Below, one piece after another: positions 25,627-37,532 of a DNA stretch of 64,000 bases. The position numbers and the translations under genes are program-made. Each line of letters opens with the position of its first letter. Position 1 is the first letter of the stretch. A model generated the notes under the pieces. It saw only the letters and a program-made list of their open reading frames with translations, ran no database searches and had not been told where the DNA came from. The stretch is from Octopus sinensis. Taxonomy: Eukaryota. The stretch is from positions 24,924,001 through 24,988,000 of the forward strand of contig NC_042997.1 of NCBI RefSeq assembly GCF_006345805.1. Direction: 5' to 3'.

Positions 25627-26163
25627 TGGGGCCGACCAATGCCTTGTGAGTGGATTTGGTAGACGGAAACTGAAAGAAGCCTGTCGTATATATATATATA
25701 TATATATAAAATAAATATAAGAGAGTGGTCACTATATTGCTCACTCTAGCACCAGTTAATCCAAAAGGTTTCAACCACGAAAATACATGTTTCCCATGAA
25801 AGCCAGTACGACTGTTAGCTCACACATTTCTCGTAGCACTAGGCCACTTGGTGTTGAATAAATATACTATTAAATTAGTATCTAATTCTCTCACCCTTAT
25901 TAATTAATTATATATATATATATATATATTATATATATGTATGTGTGTGTGTGTTTGTGTTTGTGTGTGCCCCTAGCATTGCTTGACAACCGATGCTGGT
26001 GTGTTTGTGTCCCCGTCACTTAGCGGTTCGGCAAAAGAGACCGATAGAGTAAGTACTGGGCTTACAAAGAATAAGTCCCGGGGTCGATTTGCTCCTCGAC
26101 TAAAGGCGGTGCTCCAGCATGGCCGCAGTCAAATGACTGAAACAAGTAAAAGAGTAAAAGAGT
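25627..26163 (+). mobile_element. 5'-truncated SINE family A split by a ~190-bp insert in its (TA)n tract
   Basis: Left part 25627-25710, unrelated sequence about 25715-25905, right part 25940-26163. Confidence 0.8.
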
Positions 26164-26659
26164 AAAAATATAGAGACTATGTTTTCATAAAGCAGATTTT
26201 AAAGATCACCCGGTTTAGCACCATCTCTTAAATATCTTGTTCGCCTTGAACACAGCGTATCAAAACTAAGTCTCGGCCAGAGGACAACCACTTTCCTTCT
26301 TATACATCTTGGAACACCCAAAAATGATTATCGTCACTGATCTTCCACCCAGGATTAAACTATTACAGCGAAGAAGATATTGAGAATTTAATGGTAATAA
26401 CTTCACGATAAATTGTGTTTAGATACACACACCATTTGGAGCTAGACAAGAAAATCTGTTCCATTTGTGATTCTGTTTGCTGTATCTATCTTATGGTATT
26501 TTTGATAATATTGCATTTACTATAATTATTTCGTAAACAGATTGCAATAATAGAGCCAACAATTGATACTCAGCGTGGTATCATGACCTGCTAATAAAGT
26601 ATTACAAAAGTTCAGATTGAATGGGTCCTCTTGATAATTTATATTATATATTCCGTACA

Positions 26660-26960
26660 GGTGGCACGTAAAAAGCACCATCCGAATCGTGGCCGAAGCC
26701 AGAGCCGCCTCGACTGGCTTCCGTGCCGGTGGCACGTAAAATGCACCAATCCGACCGTGGCCGTTGCCAGCCTCGCCTGGCACCTGTGCGGGTGGCACGT
26801 AAAAAGCACCCACTACACTCACGGAGTGGTTGGCGTTAGGAAGGGCATCCAGCTGTAGAAACATTGCCAGATAAGACTGGAGCCTTGTGCAGCCCTCTGG
26901 CTTCCCAGATCCCCGGTCAAACCGTTCAACCCATGCAAGCATGGAGAACGGACGTTAAAC

Positions 26961-27008
<48 letters not shown>
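26660..27008 (+). mobile_element. Short retroposon with RTE-type tail and (GAT)n end
   Basis: Three GGTGGCACGTAAAAWGCACC units, then GGTTGGCGTTAGGAAGGGCATCCAGC..GGACGTTAAAC(GAT)n. RTE affinity is recalled, not searched. Confidence 0.6.
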
Positions 27009-27351
27009 AGCATATCATCTTGATAATGTTTCTAAATATCTATGACGGAAGTGGGAATTATAATAGTAAAACCTCATCCGAAATCCCAACCTCTAATTTG
27101 AGGGTCAGAAAGAACAATGCAGGTTAAGATTTAATTCTGCAAATGTGGCAGCTACATGGTAGCAGCTTGAATGTTTCTGATCATATGTCTGATTAGTCAA
27201 GGCTAAATCGGGTTGAAAACAGAGCAAGTGAAAGAAATATTTTTCAGTGTTATAAATTATCTGAGTTACTGGAAAAGCTTAAGCCTCATCATGAGTACTG
27301 TGACAGGGGTTGTTCGAGAGTTTCGGGGCTTTCATTATCAGAATCTCTCAC

Positions 27352-27493
27352 CTAAAGGAACCAACTGCAGCGAAGATAATCGACTGCTTTAGAGTGTACT
27401 GGGGTCTATTTTGCTTGATGGCCTTGGCTATGCTCTCAGCAACTGTCTCGAGAACATACTCCGAGTGCAAACGATAATGGCTTTCCCTATTGC
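27352..27493 (-). CDS. Candidate exon (GNRESHYRLHSEYVLETVAESIAKAIKQNRPQYTLKQSIIFAAVGSFR), product unknown
   Basis: Acceptor ttttctcaattgcttcctaaaag, donor AG|GTGAGA, open frame with purine-first codon bias; phase matches 29241-29304. Confidence 0.45.
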
Positions 27494-27562
27494 CTTTTAG
27501 GAAGCAATTGAGAAAACATTCTAAAGACACTCTTTCAGAGCGTAACGGACAAGATATTTCAC

Positions 27563-27800
27563 TCTTATTTCTTTACTGCCCACAAAGGGCCACACACAGA
27601 GGGGACAAACAAGGACAGACAAACGGTTTAAGTTGATTATATCGATCCCAGTGCGTAACTGGTACTTAATTTATCGACCCCGAAAGGATGAAAGGCAAAG
27701 TCGACCTCGGCGGAATTTGAACTCAGAACGTAGCGGCAGACGAAACACCGTTAAGAATCTCGCCCGGGGTGCTTAACGTTTCTGCCAGCTCGCCGCCTTG
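27563..27800 (-). mobile_element. Meta-domain SINE monomer
   Basis: Reverse complement of the first unit of 3496-4108. Confidence 0.85.
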
Positions 27801-28583
27801 TTTTTTTAATTTTAAAATTTTAAAATTTTATTTATTTTATTTTTTTTTCTTCAGAAATAACAGTCAAAATGATGGTTTCATTACGATCAGAGGGTAATTC
27901 CATATTCATCATGAGAATTTTTATTGTCAGGTGGTTTGGTTGGTGAACTGTATAGATATTTCACTCTTGCCTCAGATATGAAAGTTAACTGGGCTGGGTA
28001 AGGCATCGTAGAAAGTCAAGTTAAAAATTTGATCAAAATGCAAGTTTGACTGCATGTTGCCCGACCAGGTAATTATGTGCATCGATACGCCGATGCACAC
28101 TTTTTCTTCAAACTTCCCTACGCTTCCTCCTGCTTCAGTTTTACTGTCCTGCTCACGTATTCTTTGTCTATGCCTACAAAAAGCACTCACAGTATAGGAT
28201 AGTATCTCTTTTTACCCCGGGTCTTGCCAGCCGGGGTTTTGGTACGTATATCAAATCTATGCTTCTAGCTGCAAAGAAGTTCAACAGAATTTTTTTGTGC
28301 TGTGTGTGTTACCTGTGACTCTGTCAAACCCACTAATATTTTCGCCCGTTAGTTACATTTTATTTTTCATACCTTCATGCCACTAATGACAGCTGATTTC
28401 TAGAAAACAGCTGGTTCACTTCATCAGTGAACCCACTGAATGTAAGCTGATAAAAGCTGAGTGTAGCCCTGCACAGCGCCACTCTCCTGAAACTGCATTA
28501 AAAACTTAAACATGTACGAAAAAATCTTCTGATTTCTCTTTTGCGTGATCCATCTTTTGTCAACGGAATCGTATAAACTAACC

Positions 28584-28956
28584 TTGTGGAGGCGCAATGG
28601 CCCAGTGGTTAGGGCAGCGGACTCGCGGTCATAGGATCGCGGTTTCGATTCCCAGACCGGGCGTTGTGAGTATTTATTGAGCGAAAAAACCTAAAAGCTC
28701 CACGAGGCTCCGGCAGGGGGTGGTGGTGATCCCTGTTGTACTCTTTCACCACAACTTTCTCTCACTCTTACTTCCTGTTTCTGTTGTACCTGTAGTTCAC
28801 TCTCTGTGTCACGCTGAATATTCCCGAGAACTACGTTAAGGGTACACGTGTCTGTGGAGTGCTCAGCCACTTACACGTTAATTTCACGAGCAGGCTGTTC
28901 CGTTGATTCGGATCAACCGGAACCCTCGTCATCGTAACCGACGGAGTGCTTCCATC
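28584..28956 (+). mobile_element. Full-length tRNA(Arg)-like SINE family C (resembles octopus OR-type SINEs) with 11-bp TSD
   Basis: A box TGGCCCAGTGG, B box GGTTTCGATTCC; TSD ATAAACTAACC at 28573-28583 and 28957-28967. Confidence 0.9.
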
Positions 28957-29240
28957 ATAAACTAACCGACACTACACGACTCAGAGTAGAATGAACTATT
29001 GACAGCCCTTGAATCAAGTGGATAAGTCTTCAACGACCGATGTTTGTGTTTCAGGCCTAAAGGTTTTTGTCGGAATTTTGACCGGCAGCAGAGTCTTTCC
29101 AAGTAGGACCAAAATCATTCCTCGACTGTAATGGAGAATATGGCATACAGTATAGGAGAAGAAAAAAAAACCTGTTAACTTGCGTTCCCTTCTAAAGCAA
29201 CACATATCTTGACTAGATGAGTTTGAAATATAATTCTCAC

Positions 29241-29304
29241 CCAAGAGGTAATTATTAATTAATTTTTCGCGTATCCAACTACTCTTGGCTAATTTGGTCA
29301 CCAC
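29241..29304 (-). CDS. Candidate 64-nt exon (VVTKLAKSSWIREKLINNYLL), product unknown
   Basis: Long pyrimidine tract + tgcag acceptor, donor G|GTGAGA, single open frame. Confidence 0.45.
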
Positions 29305-29678
29305 CTGCACAGCAAGGGCATAAAGAATAAGAGAGATGGTGCAAAATATTATTGCTATTCCAAGTTGGGACAAGTCTTATGTTTCTTAACCAGAAGTAAT
29401 ATTCATCTTAAATCTGTGGTTATCCAGGCTCAGAACTTGAAGTCCATAGTGACAGTGAAGTTGAAGTTCCAATCTGGGCGGATGCATGGATATTAGCGAG
29501 AGTCAACCAAACAACGACTAGGTTGCACTTGCTGTTGAAGGCTTCTCTGATGAACAGCTTCAGTACACTAGAATGCTATTACGAGAACCTCCAAGTGCTT
29601 TATTCTTTTTAGAAATAGGTTGATGTCTACGAAGAAAAACTCTGGGAATTAATGATGAAAACTAACTTTATTTCAACA

Positions 29679-30157
29679 CTAGCAGCATAGCCCGGCATTG
29701 CCCGGTTATGTAAGAGCCCCTGGAGCAGACATGATGCTCGCTGTGAATTTTTAAAAAATTCCTGCCAATTTGTGAAAGATATTGTCGAAAATATGTCATC
29801 TTCAATTTGAAGGCGATTTCCCAAAATGGCATGATTTTATCGATTTTTTTTTATGGTAAGGTATTGCATGGAAAACTAACGTCAGAATTAAGTTTCTTAG
29901 GGTAACATTAAGCTTCACCATGAGTTTGGTGAAAATCGATTGCAAGTTGCGAAAACTACAGCAGAAAATGTCGAATTTATCAATATTTTTCAGAACTGGG
30001 GAAACTTTTCAAGATTTTCGCTGCGTTAGTTTTGAATTATGACATTGGGCTATGTGTGTGTCAAGATTCATCAGAATCGATTGAAAGCCGTGGTCAGGGT
30101 GAGGGTACAACCTGACAGACACACAGACAGACAAACTGCCGTTTATATAGAGAGAGA
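29679..30157 (-). mobile_element. Non-autonomous Helitron, family H2
   Basis: Minus strand A|TCTCTCTCTATATAAA..(CTGT)n..CCGGGCAATGCCGGG..CTAG|T; internal sequence unrelated to H1. Confidence 0.8.
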
Positions 30158-30218
30158 TTCAGCACGAAAAGTACAAATAAAAACATGCACCAATATTTAC
30201 TCTCTCTCGTACGCACAC

Positions 30219-30294
<76 letters not shown>

Positions 30295-30961
30295 ACAAAC
30301 AACACACAGCTATTAACTGCGTGGTCGATGGCTTGTATTTAAACAATATATAGAGAGAATTAGTAATACATCTCAAATAACATACAACATGAAATCATAG
30401 ATTATTCAAATCATCACCGCTTCTCGAGAATATTCCATAAGTACCAAATGTCTTCTTGTCTCTAGAGATTAAGCCTTCTTTCTATTTTCCTGAATGACGT
30501 GTCAGCTTTCAAGAATGCTTAGTTCCCTTTCTAAACAGAACTAGTCTTAATTGTTATTTGCTAATTATGAAACATCCTTTAGAGCAGAGAATAGTTTTAA
30601 GGAATCAAAATTTATGCTGTATGGTATTTAAAATACCTGTATATATATGTCTGTGTCGTTGAAATATATGTCACTCGTTACTGTGTTATTTTCCATAAGC
30701 TCATCCGTAAGATCGTGATCATGCTCCCGAGACAAAGGCAAAGGGAAAGAGAGAGAGAGAGAGAGAGAGAGGAAGAGAGGAGTAGAGGGAGAGAGAGAGA
30801 GAGGAGGAGAGAGAGAGAAATAAAGATAAGAGCTAGCGATGCGGGGCGGGGCGGGGGAGGGAATGTGAGTGTCAGCGTGCATAAGTGTATGCGCGCGTGC
30901 TTGTGGTTTGTGTGTATGTATGGATGCATCTATGCATCTTCCTCCCCGCTCTTCCCTATAT

Positions 30962-31018
<57 letters not shown>

Positions 31019-31926
31019 CAAGAGAAAGAGAGAACGGAAGGAGGAGAGGACTTTTGTTAGTTTTGAACTTTGATTGTCAATACAAAATATATATATATAT
31101 AGATTATATATATATATATATGCACACAGGGAAGCTAAAGAGAATGAGAGAGGAGAGAGACAGAGATAGATAGATAGTTAGTAGATAGAGAGAGAGAAGG
31201 AGACAGAGTGAGAGAGGTATAGATTTATTTATGGACAAACTTATAGAGTCAGTCAAACAGGAAGACAGACAGTCAGGCAGCGATATACTTCATGCCAAGA
31301 TAATTTATTCAGCTAGATTGATTTCATGAGAGAGAGAGAAAAAAAAAAAGGATCGAAAAATATAATAAAAATACAGGAATAAATTAGTAAAGGAAAATCA
31401 CTTCAAACGAGCATGTTTTGCATTGAACGAAATGACAAAATACCAGAACATCAACTTTCTTTCACAAAACCGAACGTCTATGAGATTAGAGTAACTTCCT
31501 TGAGCTAACAAACAGGTAAACAGGCAAACATACACACAAATTAAGGAATAGATAAACAGACTGATAGATACGCAAAAAAAAAAAAAACTAACGGAAAACA
31601 ACAAAAACTGGAAATTAATTAATTTATAAATTAAATGCGCTGAAATGTGACGTAATAAGCAAATATTATTATGATTTCTGAAAATGAATTAAAAAATATA
31701 TATATATATATATATATTTAAATAAGAATTTCTAACGTGAGTAAATAATAATTACGAAAGTCGTTTGCTGTGAACATGCAAAATTCCGGGAAATATGTGA
31801 ATTGCTGAAAGATTATGGTGATATATGATCTGCAAAGGAATATAGATTATATATATATATATTATATATTATATATATGTATATGTGTGTATGTGGGTGG
31901 TGTTTGTGTGTATCTGTATGCATTAA

Positions 31927-31994
<68 letters not shown>

Positions 31995-32331
31995 TTTATG
32001 TATATATATATATTCCTGTGTTTTCTTGTTTGGATTAACTATGTATACATATATATATATAATATATATATATAATATATATATGTGTGTGTGTGTGTGT
32101 GGTTGTGTAGGAATAAAGAAAAAATATTTATATATATAAAAAGAATATATGAGAAAAAGAGAAAATAAAAATTTAATGAAATAATTACATATGCATATCC
32201 AGTGTTGTATGTAAATATAGAAGTATTCTGTGTTCGTGCGTGTGTGTGTGTGTATGCATAAAGATACACAAACACACACACATACACACATTACATATAT
32301 ACACACACACACACACCCACACACAATATAA

Positions 32332-32372
<41 letters not shown>

Positions 32373-32373
32373 A

Positions 32374-32410
<37 letters not shown>

Positions 32411-32412
<2 letters not shown>

Positions 32413-32846
32413 TCTTTACTCTCTCTTTTACTCTTTTACTTGTTTCAATCATTTGACTGTGGCGATGCTGGAGCAACACCTTTAGTCGAACAAATCGACC
32501 CCAGAACTTATTCTTTGGAAGCCTAGTATTTATTCTATCGGTCTCTTTTACCGAACCGATAAGTTATGGGGACGTAAACACATCAGCATCGTTTGTCAAG
32601 TGATGTTGGGAGGACAAACACAGACACACAAATACACACACACACACACACACACATACATATATATATATCTATACATATATACGACGGGCTTCTTTCA
32701 GTTTCTGTCAACCAAATCCACTCACAAGGCTTTGGACGGCCCAAGGCTATAGTAGAATACACTTGCCCAAGGTTCCACGCAGTGGGATTGAACCCGGAAC
32801 CATGTGGTTGGTAAGCAAGCTACTTACCACACACCACTCCTGCGCC
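32411..32846 (-). mobile_element. SINE family A, full length
   Basis: Reverse complement of the consensus. Confidence 0.9.
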
Positions 32847-33240
32847 TATATATATAAATTTATATACACACATCCACAAATCGAGCATACTGAAGGAATA
32901 TATACATATATATATTATAATAATATATATATATATATACATATCGTGACACTCCGTCGGTTACGATGACGTGGGTTCCATTTGATCCGATCAATGGAAC
33001 AGCCAAATTCACTCACAAGTGTTTGGTTTACTCGAAGCTAAAGAAAATGACACTTGCTTGCCCAAAGTGCTCTGCAGAAGGACTGATGCCAGGACCATGA
33101 GTGAACCGACAAACGAAAGAAAGGGCACGCTGCCAGTAACCATTTTGGACCTTCTGCACTTCCATATTTATTCGAATTTCCTCCGCTGGCCTGATTTGAG
33201 GCTTGAGATTCCGAATCAAAATGTTTTGATACATATATAT

Positions 33241-33556
33241 GGAAGCACTCCGTCGGTTCCGACGACGAGGGTTCCGGTTGATCCGAATCAACGGAACAGC
33301 CTGCTCGTGAAATTAACGTGTAAGTGGCTGAGCACTCCACAGACACGTGTACCCTTAACGTAGTTCTCGGGGATATTCAGCGTGGCACAGAGAGTGACAA
33401 GGCCGGCCCTTGAAATAAGGTGGTTGAAAACTAGAACAGAAACAGGAAGTAAGAGTGAGAGAAAGTTGTGGTGAAAGAGTACAGCAGGGTCACACACCAT
33501 CCCCTGCCGGAGCCTCGTGGAGCTTTTAGGTGTTTTCGCTCAATAAACACTCATAA
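33241..33556 (-). mobile_element. SINE family C, head-truncated (an extra tail fragment lies at about 32945-33005)
   Basis: Reverse complement of 28584-28956. Confidence 0.85.
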
Positions 33557-33915
33557 CTTGGATATGTTTCGACCAAATATTGGTCCAGGCCATGCCTAAC
33601 TTAATAGCACCACCTGATAGGATTAGCTAAATTTATTTAGAATTTAATTTTTTTTTTAAATCAAGTTTTGTGGCATCATGGTCCATTCGAGTAGGAATTT
33701 CTTGCTGAGAGAGTTGTATCCAGATATATGTGGCTTGTCTAGTATTCGTTGAAGAAATTTGTCCAGATTGCGTTTAAAAGTGATGGTATCCTTTTCCTCT
33801 TTGATATATTTGGGGGACAATGTTAAATAGGCCAGGGCCTGTTGCAGAAAAGATATTGTGTTGCAGTGTATTTATGTGCTGTGATCCTTAATTGGTTGGG
33901 AACGTATGCCCACCC
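33557..33915 (-). mobile_element. CR1/L2-group LINE 3' remnant
   Basis: GPGLFNIVP/KYIKEEKDTITFKRNLDKFLQRILDKP..GYNS resembles the RT C-terminus of these LINEs; frameshifted. Confidence 0.6.
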
Positions 33916-33944
33916 CCAGATAATATATATATATATATATATAT

Positions 33945-33997
<53 letters not shown>

Positions 33998-34035
33998 ATA
34001 TATACATATATACATATATATATATATACACACAC

Positions 34036-34077
<42 letters not shown>

Positions 34078-34469
34078 ATATATATGTGTGGTGTGTGTGT
34101 GGTGTGTGTGTGTCTGTGTGTATTTAAAACGCCAGTCCTTTCACAACCAACTCATCACCGATATCATAATCGCTTTATATTCAACGAAAGATCAAAGGAT
34201 GTAATGAAATATTAATTAAAAGTAAATACTGACTAAAATTTTTCAGGTAGTAACGAAGAATGAAAACCCAACCGTTTCCTATTGTTACTGCTGTTTAAAT
34301 ATGGACTGATTCATCGAACGAGAAATCTGTATTTCATTTTTATTCTAAGTAGTTACGAAGTACACCTCACAACTCTAATGTTCCGAGTTCAAACCTCACT
34401 ACCTGCTGCCTTGCGCAAGTACTTTTACTAAATTTTGCGATAGACCCAAGAGTCGTGTGTGAAGTTTTT

Positions 34470-34950
34470 TCCTTGCGACTACGATCCATCATTCATGTCT
34501 TAAAAGTTCATGATTTTCCTTTGTTCCTGGCAACAGCTCCTCACTGAGGTTTGTATCGTCCGAAAGTTCATCGATGAATGTTCTAGCAGGTTTTCTTCTA
34601 TTGCGTCTCTCTTCAGTTGGTCCCATAATATTAGCTTGTATGTTACTTGCTGCTTACTTCTCCAACAATGTTCTACAAATTGTAACAGTCTTTGAGCAAT
34701 AGTCATTATTTTGTGCAAGTTTCCATATAAACTTTCATTTGTAATACGTTGATGTCAGTTTACGTTTTATACAACGCTAAACATTTTGTTGTATGCGCCA
34801 TCCAGTTTCTTCTCAAATGCTTCTGTCAGGGTCCAAATACTTGATCCTTACAACAAATGTGACAGATGTTCTGAAGAATGTCATTTTGAATTTTCCCGGT
34901 AGAACTGACATTCGTTCCATTATTTCTTTCAATTATTGATTAGATATTTC
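34470..34950 (-). mobile_element. RTE-clade LINE RT C-terminal remnant
   Basis: RLLQFVEHCWRSKQQVTYKLILW, then RRNRRKPARTFIDELSDDTNL, matches the GHC.R..LILW..GRP.T.ID.L..DT pattern. Confidence 0.65.
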
Positions 34951-35087
34951 AAAATGAATTGAGTATTGATTGACTGGCTCTTTCATTCATTCAATCAGTC
35001 ATTCATTCTAGTTTTTCCTTCTTCCATCTTTCCTTCTTTCTTTCCTTAATATATATTTCAAGGAAGCTATATTCCTATTTCAACATA

Positions 35088-35521
35088 GGCGCAGTAGTGG
35101 CTGTGTGGTTAGTAGCTTGCTTACAAACCACATGGTTCCGGGTTCAGTCCCACTGCGTGGCACCTTGGGCAAATGTCTTCTACTATAGCCTCGGGCCAAT
35201 CAAAGCCTTGTGAGTGTATTTGGTAGACGGAAACTGAAAGAAGCCCGTGGTATATATATATATATAGACACACAAACACCACACACACATATGTGTGTGT
35301 GTGTGGTGTGTGTGTGTGTGTGTTTGTGTGTCTGTATTTGTCTCCCCAATATCGTTTGACAACCGATGCTGCTGTGTTTGCATCTCCGTAACATAGCGGT
35401 TCGGCATAAGAGACCGATATAGAATAAGTACTAGGCTTACAAAGAATAAGTCCTGGGGTCGATTTGCTCGACTAAAGGCTGTGCTCCAACATGGCCGCAG
35501 TCAAATGACTTAGACACGTAA
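35088..35521 (+). mobile_element. SINE family A, full length
   Basis: Consensus match. Confidence 0.9.
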
Positions 35522-35937
35522 AAGTGTATCTCACTCTCTGTCATTATGGCTTGAACGTATTCATTTAATCTGTCTTTTAAGTATTTCATTCATTTTCTTC
35601 TCCCATCCCTCTTTTCTTTCTGCCTTCATCACTACCTCCCTTCTAATTTTACTATATTTTTTCTTCCTACTCCTTCCATTTTTATTCATTAAGCCTATCC
35701 TTTCTATTTTTCATTTCAACATTTTTTTTACTCCTTTAGCATGCTTGCAGTAATTTTTCCTGTCTCCTAAATTCCGAATTTTTTCTTACAATTACCTAAT
35801 CTCTTTCTTGTAATTATTCATATCTATCGTATTTATTCCATCATTCCGTTATTCTAACAAGTCGCGTTCTACAATTCTATGACTACGTGAAATTCTTTTA
35901 TAGTTAAAACCCAAATATTTTACACTTTATATTTATA

Positions 35938-36235
35938 CTAGCAGTATCGCCCGGCGTTGCTCGGGTTTGTAAGGGAAATAACTATATAAGCATTTTTAGA
36001 GAGTTACTTCCCTTATATAATAGCAAAAAATGTATTAAAAATGGGAAAAAATGATGGTAATTTATTTTTTTAATCGTAGACTCATCGTAGACGCGCGCTA
36101 ATACCCAGAAGGGATCGATATGAATCACGACTATAAGATACCCGGTTTTGGTTAAACTGCACCGCAAAATGTGGGAGTAGTTAGGAATCTAAATCGTAGG
36201 AGACAGACACACAACTTCTCTTTTATATATAAAGA
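35938..36235 (-). mobile_element. Helitron H1 (short variant)
   Basis: A|TC..hairpin..CTAG|T termini; reverse complement of 856-1251 with one internal module fewer. Confidence 0.85.
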
Positions 36236-36552
36236 TTTCTACTAATTTATATACAAAAATATAATCATACAAACCTACAAACGAATCATTGCGTACGAAT
36301 TTTCTACATACCTTCCAAATACAATTGTTCTTTTCTGTTTGTGAGATTTTCCAAATATTCCTAATGTTTATTTCGTTATTTTATATTGCTTACGTCTTCT
36401 TTTAATAATTCATTCAAATACTTGTTACATATTTGATATTTAACTTCACTTTCTTCGCCTAACTTACCACAGCTGGCATCACCATCGTAACCATTCTCAC
36501 TAAATACGACGACAAATACAACAGCAGCAACTATAGAATATTTTATATTAAA

Positions 36553-36944
36553 CTAGCAGTATCACCCGGCGTTGCTCGGGTTTGTAAGGGAAATAAATAT
36601 ATAAGCAATTTAGAGATGTAAAGTATAATAGCATCTCATATGGCAAACCACAAAGGGGGTGTTACTGTATTTTTTTTTACGTTCTGAGATTTAATAATAT
36701 ATTTTAGAGAGTTACTTCCCTTATATAATAGCAAAAAAATGCATTAAAAATGGGAAAAAATGATGGTAATTTTTTATAAATCGTAGACTCATCGTAGACG
36801 CGCGCTAATACCCAGAAGGGCTCTCGATATGAATCACGACTATAAGATACCTGGTTTTGGTTAAACTGCACCGCAAAATGTGGGAGTAGTTAGGAATCTA
36901 AATCGAAGGGGACAGACACACAACTTCACTTTTATATATAAAGA
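36553..36944 (-). mobile_element. Helitron H1 (variant with extra internal segment)
   Basis: Same termini; joined directly to the next copy. Confidence 0.85.
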
Positions 36945-37338
36945 CTAGCAGTATCGCCCGGCGTTGCTCGGGTTTGTAAGAGAAATAACTATATAAGCAT
37001 TTTAGAGTTATAGCCAAAAAATAGCAAAAAAATGCATTAAAAATGGAAAGAAATTATGGTAATTTTTTTTAAAAATCGTTGACTCATCGTAGACATTTTT
37101 AGAGGGTTACTTCCCTTATATAATAGCGAAAAAATGCATTAAAATGGAAAAATGATGTTAAATTATTTTTAAAATCGTAGACTCATCGTAGACGCGCGCT
37201 AATACCCAGAAGGGCTCTCGATATGAATCACGACTATAAGATACCCGGTTTTGGTTAAACTGCACCGCAAAATGTGGGAGTAGTTAGGAATCTAAATCGA
37301 AGGGGACAGACACACAGCCTCTCTTTTATATATAAAGA
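36945..37338 (-). mobile_element. Helitron H1 (two-module variant like 856-1251)
   Basis: Same termini; its CTAG abuts the TC of 36553-36944. Confidence 0.85.
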
Positions 37339-37532
37339 TATTGTTGTAGGTGGTGGTAGGGAGCATGTTATACTTATCGTTGATGTGTATGCATGTATAT
37401 GTGTACCCGGGGACTCACACACACACACAGACACACACAGAGAAACACATTCACATAGACACAGACATACAATCGCACACAGAGGAGCATGTATATTTGG
37501 TAAGTGATACGTACAAATTGTGTATATGTTAA

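Noticed and set aside
26353-26393. Possible 41-nt plus-strand exon LNYYSEEDIENLM
   Set aside because: Too short to distinguish from chance and no supported partner exon.
26660-26810. Repeat-spacer pattern suggestive of CRISPR
   Set aside because: Eukaryotic context, only three 20-nt repeats, embedded in a retroposon with a (GAT)n tail, and no cas genes.
28375-28401. Possible 27-nt minus-strand micro-exon (KSAVISGMK) with a GTATGA donor
   Set aside because: Phase 0-0 is incompatible with the phase-1 junction of the flanking candidate exons; no further support.
28588-28665. tRNA-like cloverleaf heads (also about 37790-37857, 50065-50140, 54574-54650, 56950-57030)
   Set aside because: They are SINE heads continuing into SINE bodies or decayed copies, not tRNA genes.
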